A DNA stretch of 64,000 nt. It comes from Felis catus. Lineage: Eukaryota. Position 1 is the stretch's first letter. The number at the start of each line of letters is the position of its first letter. Both the position numbers and the translations under genes were made by a program. Below, in pieces: positions 51,240-62,972 of the stretch. The stretch spans positions 175,710,001 through 175,774,000 of the forward strand of contig NC_058368.1 in assembly GCF_018350175.1 (NCBI RefSeq), written 5' to 3'. The notes beneath the pieces are model-generated. The model was not told the origin of the DNA. It ran no database searches and saw nothing but the letters and a program-made list of their open reading frames with translations.

Positions 51240-53534
51240 GACAGAAACTCAAATTTTAATGGGCTAACCTGTTTCCTATCTGGCAGCCCTAGTTGGGGTG
51301 GGTACCTACTAACTCATGAAACAAACCGGATCTGGGAGTTCAAGGAACACCAGAAGTATTTGCTCTCTCTCTCCCTCTCTCTCTCCCATTCCCATCTCTG
51401 GGCTTTGCTTTCTGCAGCCTCAGGGAGGCCCACTCCTTGTGGGGACAGAGAGAGCCGTCAGCTGTTCCCTGCTCCTTAGGACTGGTTATGCAGAGGACCC
51501 TCCCTCCCTCCCTCCCCCGTTCCTCTCTCCCTTCCATCCTGTGCCCACGCTGGCCCCGTACCCCTGGTCTACCCCCTGTAGTTAGCTCTCTGCCACCCTA
51601 GACTGTCCCACCCATGAGGGCCAGCAGCTTTGGATCTGCCCCTCACCTCTCACAGCCTCCTTCAGCCTCCCTGGGCCCTGCAACAGCCTGGTCCTGGGCC
51701 CTGTGAGTCTTCACGCTTGCTTCTCCCCTCCCCGGGAGTGCCCTGCACTGACTTTGTCCTCCTTCGCCCAATGCTTCCGTGTACCCACGGTGGACCACCA
51801 CAGTGGACACAGCAGCTCTTCCGAGGTTGCCTCTGACCTGGGCATCCAAAGCTGGCTCTCTGCATTTAAACTATTTTGGCTCTGGGCTTCAGTTTCCCAG
51901 TCTGTGAGGTGAGGGGACCGGACCAGCTAGCGGCCACAAACTCCAACAACACAAGTTTGGATCAGGATGTCAAATAAAAACCATGGCCCTATTTGGAGGG
52001 GGCAGGAGCAACGGAGCTCTGGCCCCTGGTCAGGTAGAAAAGCAGGCCCGATATTGCAATGCTTCTGATTTTCCCAAAGAACAAGGAATATCATTATGAA
52101 TGGAAAACTCTCAATTTTGAGCAGTGGTTCCTGTTTGCGACCTCTGGACTAGACTGTCCAGCCCTGCGATCTAGGAGATACCTAGATCCTGGGAACTACA
52201 TGCAGGAGATACCTGGGGGGTTATTTAAAATGCACTTTCTGGCTGTATCCAGGATCCTGGGAGCCAGCCCCCAGGAATCTGCATCTTAGCAAGCACCCTG
52301 AGGTGCTAAGCTTCTAGAATTACAAATCCTGGATTTCCCATTTTAATGGGGTCTAACCTTTCATTTGTATCCACTACAACGGGAGACAGGCGCCCCTTAC
52401 CTTTCACGTGGTCTCCCCAGACATGCCCCTCACCCCATTGCAACCCTGGAGCAGACCAGGTGGCAGAGCCAGAAGTTTATGGAGCAGGAGCTCCCTGCCA
52501 CCTGCCCGTCACCGCACCAGCTCCACTGGTATAACGTGGAGGCCGCAATCACGATGAGAAACCCGAGGCTACCAAAGGGGTGGTCACTTGCCCAAGGTCA
52601 CAAGGCCATCAGTGGAGGAGCTGGAGGTTCAAATCCCAGTCTGCGCATCAGAGCACTGTGGAGAGCCTTCTGCCAGGCCAAACTCTCTCTCCCCAGGTGG
52701 AAGACAGACAGAAGGTCATTGTCATGTTGAAAGAAGACTGTTGGTTCTTGGTCCTCTTTCCTACCGATCAGCGGCTAACACAATCAGCGGCTAACACAAT
52801 CGGCACTGAAGGCTGATCACTTATGATGGGGAGCAGGGTACAACAGGGTCACAAGGAGGGGAGGAGGAGTGCGAGTGGCTTTGATGAGAGTAGATGGCTC
52901 CTGGGGACAAAAGAGGAGCTGTCGCAGCTATCAGCTCTAATGGACTTCTCACAGAAACAGGGATGGCGGCTGCCCGCTTCTGTCCTTCACCACCCAGCCC
53001 TCACACCCTCCCCCCATCAGGTTTAGCTAAAGCTAACTAAGTATGATCATTGTAAAGTTTTAAATCACAGGCCCAAGCAACTGGCAGCTGGGGGCCCCAT
53101 GGCACTTTGCTGCAGTTTCCATCTTTGGCAACACTGGCCTGGATCAGTGCGCATGCTTATCATCTGGCCACAGTTTGGTGACGTGCAGACTCAGAGTGAA
53201 CATCTGAGTATCTGCTGTGTGCTCTGTGTTGTACTACGTACAAACGACTGGAATTTAGTCTGTACCTGCTCTAATGGAATAGAAAAGCCTTATTGCCCCT
53301 GAGGTGCTATGGGAACAGAGCAGGGAGATTCCTCGCCCGGGAGGAATTGGGGGGAAACTCTGTGAAGGAAGAGGCTCTGAAGCTAGGATGGGAAAGTGTG
53401 CTCAATCGGAGACACAGAGAAGATGAGAAGGCAGGGGGCATTCTCTGTGGCATAAACTGTGTGCAGAGGAAGGCAGGCGGGTCCCAGCCCTGCCAATTCT
53501 GCCTCCCAAACGCTTCCTGTCTGGTCCCTTAAAC

Positions 53535-54005
53535 CCAGTGCATCTCAATCTAGTCATTTGTGTAACCGCCCCCCCCCCCCGCCGGCATAGCTATTTCACA
53601 TTTTTCTTTAAGTTGGTTTACTCATTTTTATAAAACTTACGTTACGAAGAATCTGTCACAACAGTAATTAAAAAACAGATTTTGCTTATAAATAGATGGT
53701 CACTAGAAAAGTGAGAACACTGAAAGCAAGATAATGCTACTGAAATCCAGCCAGGTTCTGCCTCCCCCCGCCAGGGTTGGGGGGAGGGGCGTTGCTGAGT
53801 CTGCAGCCTACTCTCTCGTCATTAAAAAAGAGAAAACGGCAAGTGTTAGAGAGGCATTAGGGACACCCCAGCAGCAGCCTGAGACTTCCTCCTTGAGATA
53901 ATCAAGGGTGAGTCAGGACAGAAACGAGATCCTTGCTTTAAGCTTTATGCGTCCCCCACTAAAGAGACCCCAGGTACCAGTGTCCGTACTCTTCGAGAAA
54001 CTCTT
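53535..54005. mobile_element. MER113-like hAT-Charlie element
   Basis: cagtgcatctcaatctagtcatttgtgtaacc...gcaagtgttagagaggcattagggacac...tgagacttcctccttga...ttcgagaaactc. Confidence 0.6.
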
Positions 54006-55989
54006 GTCCCAGACAAACCGGAGCCAGCCCCAAACCACATGTGTGCCTCCGCGGTCTCCTGTAGATTGCTGGTTTGCAACTGTGCTCTTGGGAGATGGCA
54101 GATGCCATGGCTGTACCTAGAGACTGTCATGGTGGGAGAGCACTTTGCATGACAGCAACCACCACACCCCCACAATAGCAACAACCCTCATCATAGACAA
54201 CACTTCTCCAATTCTTACGGAACACCAGGCCCTTTGCTAATAAGCATTTAAACACTTGTTATTTAATCCTCACAAAAGTATCCACAAGGGTGCCATTATC
54301 ATTCCCATTTTACAGGATGACAAAACTGAGGCACAGGAAGGTTCAACACCTGCCCAAGAGCAATGTTACCCTCTTTATGTATTGGATTCCCATACACAAT
54401 CTCACCGTTTTATTCATCCTTTCATCCAGTCGTTCCGCAGACAGACATCGAGTACCGTCTATGTTTCCTTTCCTTTTATTTGGAGCAATACTCTCTGTGT
54501 TTTAAAACGAAACGTGCTGCTTCCGGCTCTGCCCGCGCTTTGACTTGCATCCTTCACTCCCGGCATCTTCAGACGGTCTCCTGTTGCCTGTGCGGACTGT
54601 GCCGCGACGCACTGCTCAGGTCACCCATCAGGACCTGGACACCTGTTCCTCTGCTTCCAGGTTGCTGGTGGCTCTCGCTGAGTCCGTCTCCGGGAACTTC
54701 ACTAGACTCAGGGGGACTATGTGGCTTTCCGTTCTGCTCCCCCCACCCTGGTTGGGGTGGGGCACAGCTGGCACTAGGGACAGACCATTACGGGGGAACA
54801 AAGCAGAGACCCCTTGCATCACTCCAGGGCCACTGTTGGGGCTGCCCCTGCTCCGAGCTCCCCGCGGGTCGGCTGAGGCCTCTGTTGCAGCTGCACCGCA
54901 GACCAACTTCCCCTGCCAGGCCTGCCACTCACGCCCCCTCACAGGTGGGTCTCCAGCCTGATCCCGAAAACGCCTGGGAGACTCCACCTAAGAGACTGTA
55001 CAAAGGCATCTGTCCCCATCGAAAGCTATAACCTAGCCCCTGTCTTCCCGGTGGTCCCTCCACAACTGAGACCCAAGCAAAAGGAGCCCCAGTGGGTTGG
55101 CACTAAAGGCCCAGGGCCACCTCAACTTCCACAAGCCCTGAAAGTCATGGAGGCGCTTGGTCTCTTTATTTACGTTTTCACACATTAGCTAATTAGATTT
55201 GTTCCCAGGCCCCATTACTGGTTCCTCACGTGTATCATAGCCTCGGCTCTAATGACAGGCAGCCACACAGGCGGGCCTGGGAAGATGCTCTCTTTCAGGC
55301 CCGCAGGGATCAGCCAGGGCAGGAGAGAGAGGAAGGAGGGGGAGACTGGATTACAGGGTGTCAGGGAAGGGTCACTGCTCCCCTACCTTTTTCCACCTTT
55401 GAGCAAGGAGAGAGCAATCAGCATTTCCCCTCCTTAAGGAGGCATCTTGCCAAGGCAGCCAGAGGCCTGAGTGGTAAGTGGCCCACCTTTGCTCTATTCT
55501 TAAATGGCCTGTTAAAAATAGCCTACATCTGCCCCAGGGTTGACCCCTAACATTTCTTAAATTTCATTGCAAATTACTGTCTCGGCAATTCCGCAGGCTT
55601 CCCACTGTAAGCCCAAGCCCAGCAATAAAGGCAGAAGAGAAACGGAATTAGAACCTGCAGCCCGCAGTGGTGATTTTGGGATGTGGATGTGAGGGCTCAC
55701 CAGTAATCTCACTTAGCATAAAGCAGGCGGTGGGACTCAGTCTGAAGGAGCTCCAAGGTCACCGCGTCCAGCCCCGCTTTGCATCACAGGAGCAAGGACC
55801 AGGCCGTCCAGACACCGTCCTTCGAAGAACAGAGAAACACCGCAACCAGGCAGCCTGGCCTGTCATCGCCTTCAAAGGCCTGGCCACCACATCTAGTTAG
55901 TGAGTTCCCACTATGTGCCGGGCCACGAGTCAGCAGCTCGCAACATCTGTGGTCTTCGGATGTCGCTACGTGCTTAAAAATTATTGAGT

Positions 55990-56213
55990 GGGGCACCTGG
56001 GTGGCTCAGTCGGTTAAGCGTCCGACTTCGGCTCCGGTCATGATCTCACAGTCTGTGAGTTCGAGCCCCGCATCGGGCTCTGTGCTGATGGCTCAGAGTC
56101 TGGAGCCTGCTTCCTATTCTGTGTCTCCCTCTCTCTCTGCCCCTTCCCTGCTCATGCTCTGTCTCTCTCTGTCTCAAAAATAAATAAAAACATTAAGAAA
56201 AAAATTTAAAAAA
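55990..56213 (+). mobile_element. Can-SINE in Charlie1a
   Basis: TSD aaaaattattgag at 55976-55988 and 56214-56226. Confidence 0.97.
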
Positions 56214-56396
56214 AAAAATTATTGAGGAGAGGCCCCAGAGTGCTTTGGCTGCTGTTTGTCGTATAAGATACGAAAACTGAAGAACTGTACAAATATGCAT
56301 GAATTTATTCATTTCAAAACAACCCATTACACGGTAACATGTCACATATGTTTTGAAATCAAAACGTGTCTATATTTTACAAAGTAAACTCTATCG

Positions 56397-56595
56397 TGCA
56401 TGCCTGGGTGGTTCCGTCCGTTAAGAGTCCGACTCTTGATTTTGGCTCAGGCCATGATCTCACAGTTCGTGAGTGCGAGCCCTGCACGGGGCTCTGTGAC
56501 AGCACTGGAGCCTGCCTGGGACTGTCTCTGCCCCTCCCCCACTTGCTTTCTATCACTCTCAAAATACATAAGTATAAACTTAAAAAAGTTATAAA
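56397..56595 (+). mobile_element. Older Can-SINE in Charlie1a
   Basis: tgcctgggtggttccgtccgttaagagtccgactcttgattttggctcagg; degenerate TSD aaa(g/a)taaactcta. Confidence 0.9.
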
Positions 56596-57503
56596 AAAAT
56601 AAACTCTACCTGACAGAATGAAGATGATTGGTGAGAAGAGGGACATTGTCTTACATATCTTCAAATCCCTTCAATGTCCAGCTTAATGGAAGACAGCTGG
56701 ATTCTCCGATCAGCTTCTGCTTTCGGTCTGGGGCAATAGCTTGTTCTGGTTAAAAGGTAGAGAGAAAATCTGGCCTCACACAGATACATGGTTGGAAAAG
56801 GGAGAAGCAGTTTAACAGCCTTTTCGGATAATCATGGGTGTTCTTTGGAACTACGGTCACACTTGACAAGTTTTGGTTAAGCGTAGCTGCAACGTAAAAT
56901 CCGAAACTGTGCTGCCGAACTGTTCTACTCTGCCCCATCAAAATCCACTGGTCTGTCTCCCACTTTGAAGGGATCTCTTACCCAGGCAAGATTTCCTAAC
57001 ATCTTGATTGTTCATTGGGAAACAACTGCTTCACAGACTCCTGCAGGTTTTCCAAACATTGACATGTTTCATTGTACAGTATCACGAATTCAAAGTCACC
57101 AGTATCACCGCAGTTCTCCTCCAGGACGTTTGATGAGAAGGCGTCAAGTTCAGAATGGCAGATAAAGTTTTCCAAACTTCTGCTTTTCACTTAGCTCGAA
57201 CTTTATCGCCGGGAACAAATACCGCCAGTTGCGTTCCCTAAAATGACAGGCTCGCTTAATTCATTTCTGAGAGAACATCTGCAAAATGCCCAAATCTGAA
57301 AAAGCATGGCGCTCGTCGGTTGTTCTTTCAAGTAAAAAGCATGTGTCGTGAAAAAGCAATGAGTGATTCAGCTCACAATTCGACCACATGTGAGCTTTTC
57401 CTCCACGCTGCCTGCAACGATGGTGCTTTTGTATGCAGCCAAAATGCTTTATCCGTCCTTCCCGCTTTTTTTTATACAGATCATTAAAAAGACAAGGGTC
57501 GAT

Positions 57504-57701
57504 GGGGCGCCTGGGCGGCTCAGTCAGTTAAGTGTCCAACCCCTGATTTCGGCTCAGGTCATGATCTCACAGCTTTGTGGGATCGAGCCCCGTGTCAGGC
57601 TCTGTCCTGACAGCAGAGAGCCTGCTTGGGATTCTCTCTCTCCCCCCCACCCCTCCCCTGCTCACATTCTCTCTCTCAAAGTAAACAAATGAACAACAAC
57701 A
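57504..57701 (+). mobile_element. Can-SINE in Charlie1a
   Basis: TSD aaaaag(a/g)caagggtcga at 57486-57502 and 57702-57718. Confidence 0.95.
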
Positions 57702-58420
57702 AAAAAGGCAAGGGTCGAGGTTTCATAAAGTTAACCATTTCATTGCCTCATTAGGGACATCCTTGGTGTCCTTACACACGTGCCAGTCTCATGTGTTTTA
57801 ATGCAACTGGGTGACGGTCACAGATACGGCCATTCCTTGTACATTTTGATAATGCCACATCCTTGATTCAAACCAACGTCAGTTCTACCCACCACCGCTA
57901 CCAATGTTAATAGAATGAAAAATGCAAATGACGTCCTAGAGTTATGGAAATAGCTTTGACCTCAAGGATCCCCTGAAAGAGTTTCGTGGGCTCCCAGGTG
58001 TCTCCAGACTGCACCTGGAGAACTGCTAAGCTAGGAGAGTGCAGTTGTTACTGCACCTCCAGAAACTTCCAAGCTGTCAAGAAGACAGCATAAACAGACA
58101 CGATTACCATACGATGTGGTGAGGGCCAGGATGGAGGCATGGCAAAGAGCAATTTGTCTTGCGCTGTGGAAACTGGCAAAGCTTTCACAGTGCAGGGAAC
58201 TTTTGAAATGGGTCTTGAGGGTTAAGTAGGAGTTCACCCAGAGAGAGAAGGTGGATCTCTGTACTCCCACTTTCAGAAGGATGGGTCCTGGGCAGGCAAG
58301 GCCTTGGGAAACAGGTACAAAAGAAGAAAATATACAGGAGAGTTCACATTATTAATAAAAATAACATTGGTCACCATCATGGAACACCTCCTCACGCTTT
58401 ACCTACATTATCTACGTTTA

Positions 58421-58643
58421 TTTTTTTTTTAATTTTTTTTTAACGTTTATTTATTTTTGAGACAGAGAGAGACAGAGCATGAATGGGGGAGGGGCAGAGA
58501 GAGGGAGACACAGAATCTGAAACAGGCTCCAGGCTCTGAGCTGTCAGCACAGAGCCCGACGCGGGGCTCGAACTCATGGACTGCGAGATCACGACCTGAG
58601 CCGAAGTCGGACGCTTAACCGACTGAGCCACCCAGGCGCCCCC
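58421..58643 (-). mobile_element. Can-SINE
   Basis: TSD acattatctac(g/a)ttta at 58405-58420 and 58644-58659. Confidence 0.96.
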
Positions 58644-60961
58644 ACATTATCTACATTTAATTCTCTCCCCAAACCTATGAAATGCATGTGATTCTCTCTC
58701 TGTTTAAAGAAGGTGGGTAAGTTCGCAAGGACGCAGAGCAAATTCATAAGGGAAATCAAGATTAAAAACCCGGACTGCCTGCATTAACATATGTCAAACG
58801 CTCAGAAGTGCCTGGCACATAGTAAGCACTCAATGTGTTTGAGCTGCTTTTGTTCTTACTGGTGTCCTCAGCATATTCCTGCCTGGTCTCAGCTGCACAG
58901 CCCACCTTCTCATAGTAAGGGCAGGCTCTGTTAACACCACGTATTTTAAGCAGGTCTAGAAGCATGAAAATACGTCGCAGCAAGAGCGCTTTTCCTGCAA
59001 GCAGTTCTATTCCTGAAGGCTGATTCACTCGGGTCCCTCTGTTCCGTGTCTCATGCCTGCCAAACCTGCGTGGACCCGAGCGGTGTAAAGATAATAAAAG
59101 CAGGCCCCGAGGCCGAGTCCCAGGGAAGGCCCAGGGCACTCAGGGCCCTGATTTAAAATGCGCTGGGGTTGGCCTCACCTCAGCTGAGTCTCCTTCCCTT
59201 TTCAGTTCTGCCCGGCCACCCTCTGCGGGCTCCTGGGATGAGGCAACCATTCGATCCTGCTGTGCACCTGAAAACAGGAAGATATTCGGTGCATTCACCT
59301 TTGATCTATTTCTGCTGCTGTCATTCTAACAAGCAGGTGAGGAGAGCCCCCTGTCCCTGGGCTCTGCCCTGCCTGAAGCAGGCTGGCAGGCTGTTGTCCA
59401 TATGCTGGCTTTGTCTGTTAGGTTACCAGACAAAGCGCCCCAGAATGCCAACTGCCCCGGGTTTGGTTACTCTGCTCTTGACGCATGATGAGCCCTCGGC
59501 ATCGTGTGAATCCTGAGGATGGGATGTTGTGTGTGAGCTCCCAAGGGCAACTCAAGAACATCGGTCGTGCTGGCGCTCCCAGGCCCTATTTATTTCCAAA
59601 TGATCCCGGCCCCCAGGAACCCCTACTAGAAATGGAGCGCGTATCTGTGTAAAGGCTTTGTAGAGACGATCCGTCATTTGCAACGTATTTCATCATCTTT
59701 CTAAGGCTGGTACAAATGTTCTGCCCGAAGCCACCACGGGGTTCAGTTTCTGTGGCCTGGGCTCAGCCACGATGGTGATGCTGTAGCACTTTCTACACGT
59801 CAACCTCTGGGTGCACCACTTCGCGTACATTGTCCGGTTTCGTCCTGAGCACAGCTCCTGGGAAGACTCCAGATAAGTCACTCTCCTGGAATCAGGAACC
59901 AGGACCAAGGCCAGTGTGATCAGATTCCCCAGTGTGAGTGCTTTCACTCTTCCATCCCCCTGGCTGGTCCTCTTTGCCATCAGGCTTGGCTGAAATAACC
60001 TGGGGCAAAGCTGGAACCAGTATTTTTGGGGGTGTCTCTACCTGCACCAGACCTTTTACCCATGCATTGTCTCATTTCATCCAGAAAATAGTCCTGAGGT
60101 ACAGGAGATGATGTAGAGGCCCAACCTGCCGATCAGCTCGCCCGCGGCCGCGCGTCTCAAGCAGAGCAGGATCCAGACCCAGGTCAGCGTGAACTCCAAG
60201 TCTGCGGCCAGTGTGTCACACACGTTGTTTCTACTGCACCAGGACATCTGGGTCTTCTGGGAGCACCGAGGGAAACATCTGTGCAGTGAGCGCAAGTGGC
60301 AGGGCTGGTTACTTCCAGTGAGAGGGAAGCAGGGAGGAAAGGTCTGAAGCCAAAAAGACTTGGGGGTAGGGGACTGCCATGGCGGGGAGAAGGGCGAGGA
60401 AATAGGAAGGCAAGCCCCCACGGTGCAGGAACAAGGAATCTGGGCAGAGCGTGCTCGTCCCATTGTCAGAATCAGGAGTGTCCACCCCTCCAATTCCTTC
60501 CAGATCATTCCAAACATCAGGGCTCGGTTTAAGCAGCACACGATCAGTGGCGCCTTCCTCCAGCCCACGCTCAACCCGATGTCAGCTGGCATCTGCAGTC
60601 TGAGCCTCTCTCTCTGGATGTGAATCGCGTACAGTCACATACTGCGGTCTGTCTCAAGTGTCTCCAGATAGAAAGTTCCCATCGCACAGGAGGCACCCAC
60701 TGAGGTGGGAAGTTGCTAACAGGGAGGACGCTGTCCTTTTTATTCTTCTCTTATTCTTCACAGGACCCAGAAGACTGGCAAAAACAGACATATGCTCAAA
60801 TCAATGCATGTGGTGTGGAACTGATCCCATTTTATAGAGCAAAACAGAGGAACTCCTATAAATTAAGTCCGCAGTTCCAGGGTTATCTGATTTTTCTCTA
60901 ACGATAAATCTCCTGATCGCTACAACACTTCAAATTAAAGGCAAATAAGTGTGGATTGATT

Positions 60962-62972
60962 TAAGAAGGAAGAGGAGGAGGAGAAGGAGAGAGAAAGGGG
61001 TAGGAAAGAGGAGGTGGGAGGAAGGGAAAAAATATGAAGGGGAGGAGAGAAAGGGGAGAGATGAGGAGGGGGAGAAGGAAAAGCAGGGGATGGAAAAAAT
61101 GGGAGGAAATAATGAGAGGGAGGATGAGGAGGATGGGGAAGAGCTGAGGAGAGGAAGGAGGAGGGGGAGGGGAGGAGGGGGAGGATGGGAGGAGGGGGAG
61201 GAGGGGAGGAGGGGGAGGAGGGGAGGAGGGGGAGGAGGGTAGGAGGGGGAAGAGGGGAGGAGGGGGAGGAAGGGGACAGGGGGTAGAGGGGAGGAGGAGG
61301 AGGATGGGAGGAGGGGGAGGACGGGAGAAGGGGGAGGAGGGGGAGGATGGGAGTACGGAGAGGAGGGGAGGAGGGGAGGAGGGGGAGGAGGGCAGGAGGG
61401 AGAAGAGGGGAGGAGGGGGAGGAGGGGGAGAGGGGGTAGAGGGGAGGAGGAGGAGGATGGGAGGAGGGAGAGGAGGGGAGGAGGGGGAGGATGGGAGGAG
61501 GGGGAGAATGGGAGGAGGGGGAGGAGGGCAGGAGGGGGAAGGATGGGAAGACGGAGAGGAGGGGAGGACGGAGAGGAGGGGAGGAGGGGGAGGAGGGCAG
61601 GAGGGAGAAGAGGGGAGGAGGGGGAGGAGGGGGAGAGGGGGTAGAGGGGAGGAGGAGGAGGATGGGAGGAGGGAGAGGAGGGGAGGAGGGGGAGGATGGG
61701 AGGAGGGGGAGAATGGGAGGAGGGGGAGGAGGGCAGGAGGGGGAAGGATGGGAAGACGGAGAGGAGGGGAGGACGGAGAGGAGGGGAGGAGGGGGAGGAT
61801 GGGAGGACGGAGAGGAGGGGAGGAGGGGGAGGATGGGAGGAGGGGGAGGATGGGGAGAGGGGGTAGAGGGGAGGAGGAGGAGTATGGGAGGAGGGGGAGG
61901 AGGGGAGGAGGGGGAGTAGGGCAGGAGGGGGAAGGATGGGAGGACGGAGAGGAGGGGAGGAAGGGGAGGATGGGAGGAGGGGGAGGAGGGGAGGAGGGGG
62001 AGGATGGGAGGACGGAGAGGAGGGGAGGAGGGGGAGGAGGGGAGGAGGGAGAGGATGGGAGGAGGGGAAGGAGGGCAGGAGGGGGAAGAGGGCAGGAGGG
62101 GGAAGAGGGCAGGAGGGGGAGGATGGGGAGGAGGGCAGGAGGGGGAGGACGGGAGGAGGGGGAGGAGGGGAGGAGGGGGAGGAGGGGGAGGAGGGGAGGA
62201 GGGGGAAGACAGGAGGGGAGGAGGGAGAGGAGGTAGAGGGGAGGAGAAGGAGGATGGGTTAGAGCTGAGGAGAGGAAGCAGGAGGGGGAGGGGAGGAAGG
62301 GAGGATGGGAGGAGGGGGAGGAGGTAGAGGAGAGGAGGAGGAGGATGGGTTAGAGCTGAGGAGAGGAAGCAGGAGGGGGAGGGGAGGAAGGGAGGATGGG
62401 AGGAGGGGGAGGAGGTAGAGGAGAGGAGGAGGAGGATGGGTTAGAGCTGAGAAGAGGAAGGAGGAGGGGGAGGAGGGGGAGGGGGAAGAGGGGAGGAGGA
62501 TGGGGAAGAGCTGAGGAGAGGAAGGAGAAGGGGGAAGGGAGGAGGGGGTGGAGGGGAGGAGGGGGTGGAGGGGAGGAGGGGTGAAGGGGAGGAGGAGGAT
62601 GATGGGGAAGAGCTGAGGAGAGGAAGGAGGAAGGAGGAGGGGGAGGGGAGGAGGGGAGGAGGAGGATGGGGAAGAGCTGAGGAGGGGAAGGGAGGAGGGG
62701 AGGAGGAGGATGGGGAAGAGCTGAGGAGAGGAAGGTGGAGGGGGAAGGGAGGAGGGGGAGGAGGTGAGGAGGATGGGGAAGAGCTGAGGAGAGAAAGGTG
62801 GAGGGGGAGAGGAGAAGGGGAGGAAGGGAGGAGGAGGAGGATGGGGAAGAGCTGAAGAGAGGAAAGAGGAGGGGGAGGGGATGAGGGGGAGGAAGGGGAG
62901 GAGAAGGAGGACAGGGAAGATGTGAGGAGGGGAAGGAGGAGGTGGGGGCAGAGGGGGAGGGAGGAGGAGGAG
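60962..62972 (+). repeat. 2 kb G/A-rich low-complexity tract with higher-order repeats
   Basis: Almost purely G/A on the + strand, (GGA)n/GGGGGA based; 205 bp duplication at ~61375-61800; 91 bp period at 62259/62350/62441. Confidence 0.97.

Larger units (their letters stand above)
50678..51291. mobile_element. MER53 palindromic hAT MITE carrying two Can-SINE insertions
   Basis: TIRs tagggttgcagat / atctggcagcccta; 8 bp TSD gttgaggt (50670-50677) / gttggggt (51292-51299); core aatttcagataaacaaataattttt...tattgcatgggaca. Confidence 0.85.
55931..58028 (-). mobile_element. Near-complete Charlie1a hAT DNA transposon fossil (degenerate transposase on - strand) with three SINE insertions
   Basis: Both ends present (cagcagctcgcaacatct... 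/ ...cacctggagaactgcta); the minus strand at ~56763-56801 translates to PFPTMYLCEARFS, like the hAT dimerisation motif. Confidence 0.88.

Noticed and set aside
54363..55031. 222-aa ORF and similar 150-200-aa ORFs in GC-rich segments
   Set aside because: No recognisable homology, overlapping frames are open, and chance ORFs of this length are expected at this GC content
61304..62236. 310-aa Gly/Glu/Arg ORF resembling RPGR ORF15 or RGG proteins
   Set aside because: Purine-rich DNA lacks stop codons by composition; the repeat periods (205 and 91 bp) break frame, overlapping frames are also open, and there are no flanking exons
62230..62870. CRISPR-like repeat/spacer array
   Set aside because: The spacers are low-complexity and similar to each other, the context is eukaryotic, and there are no cas genes
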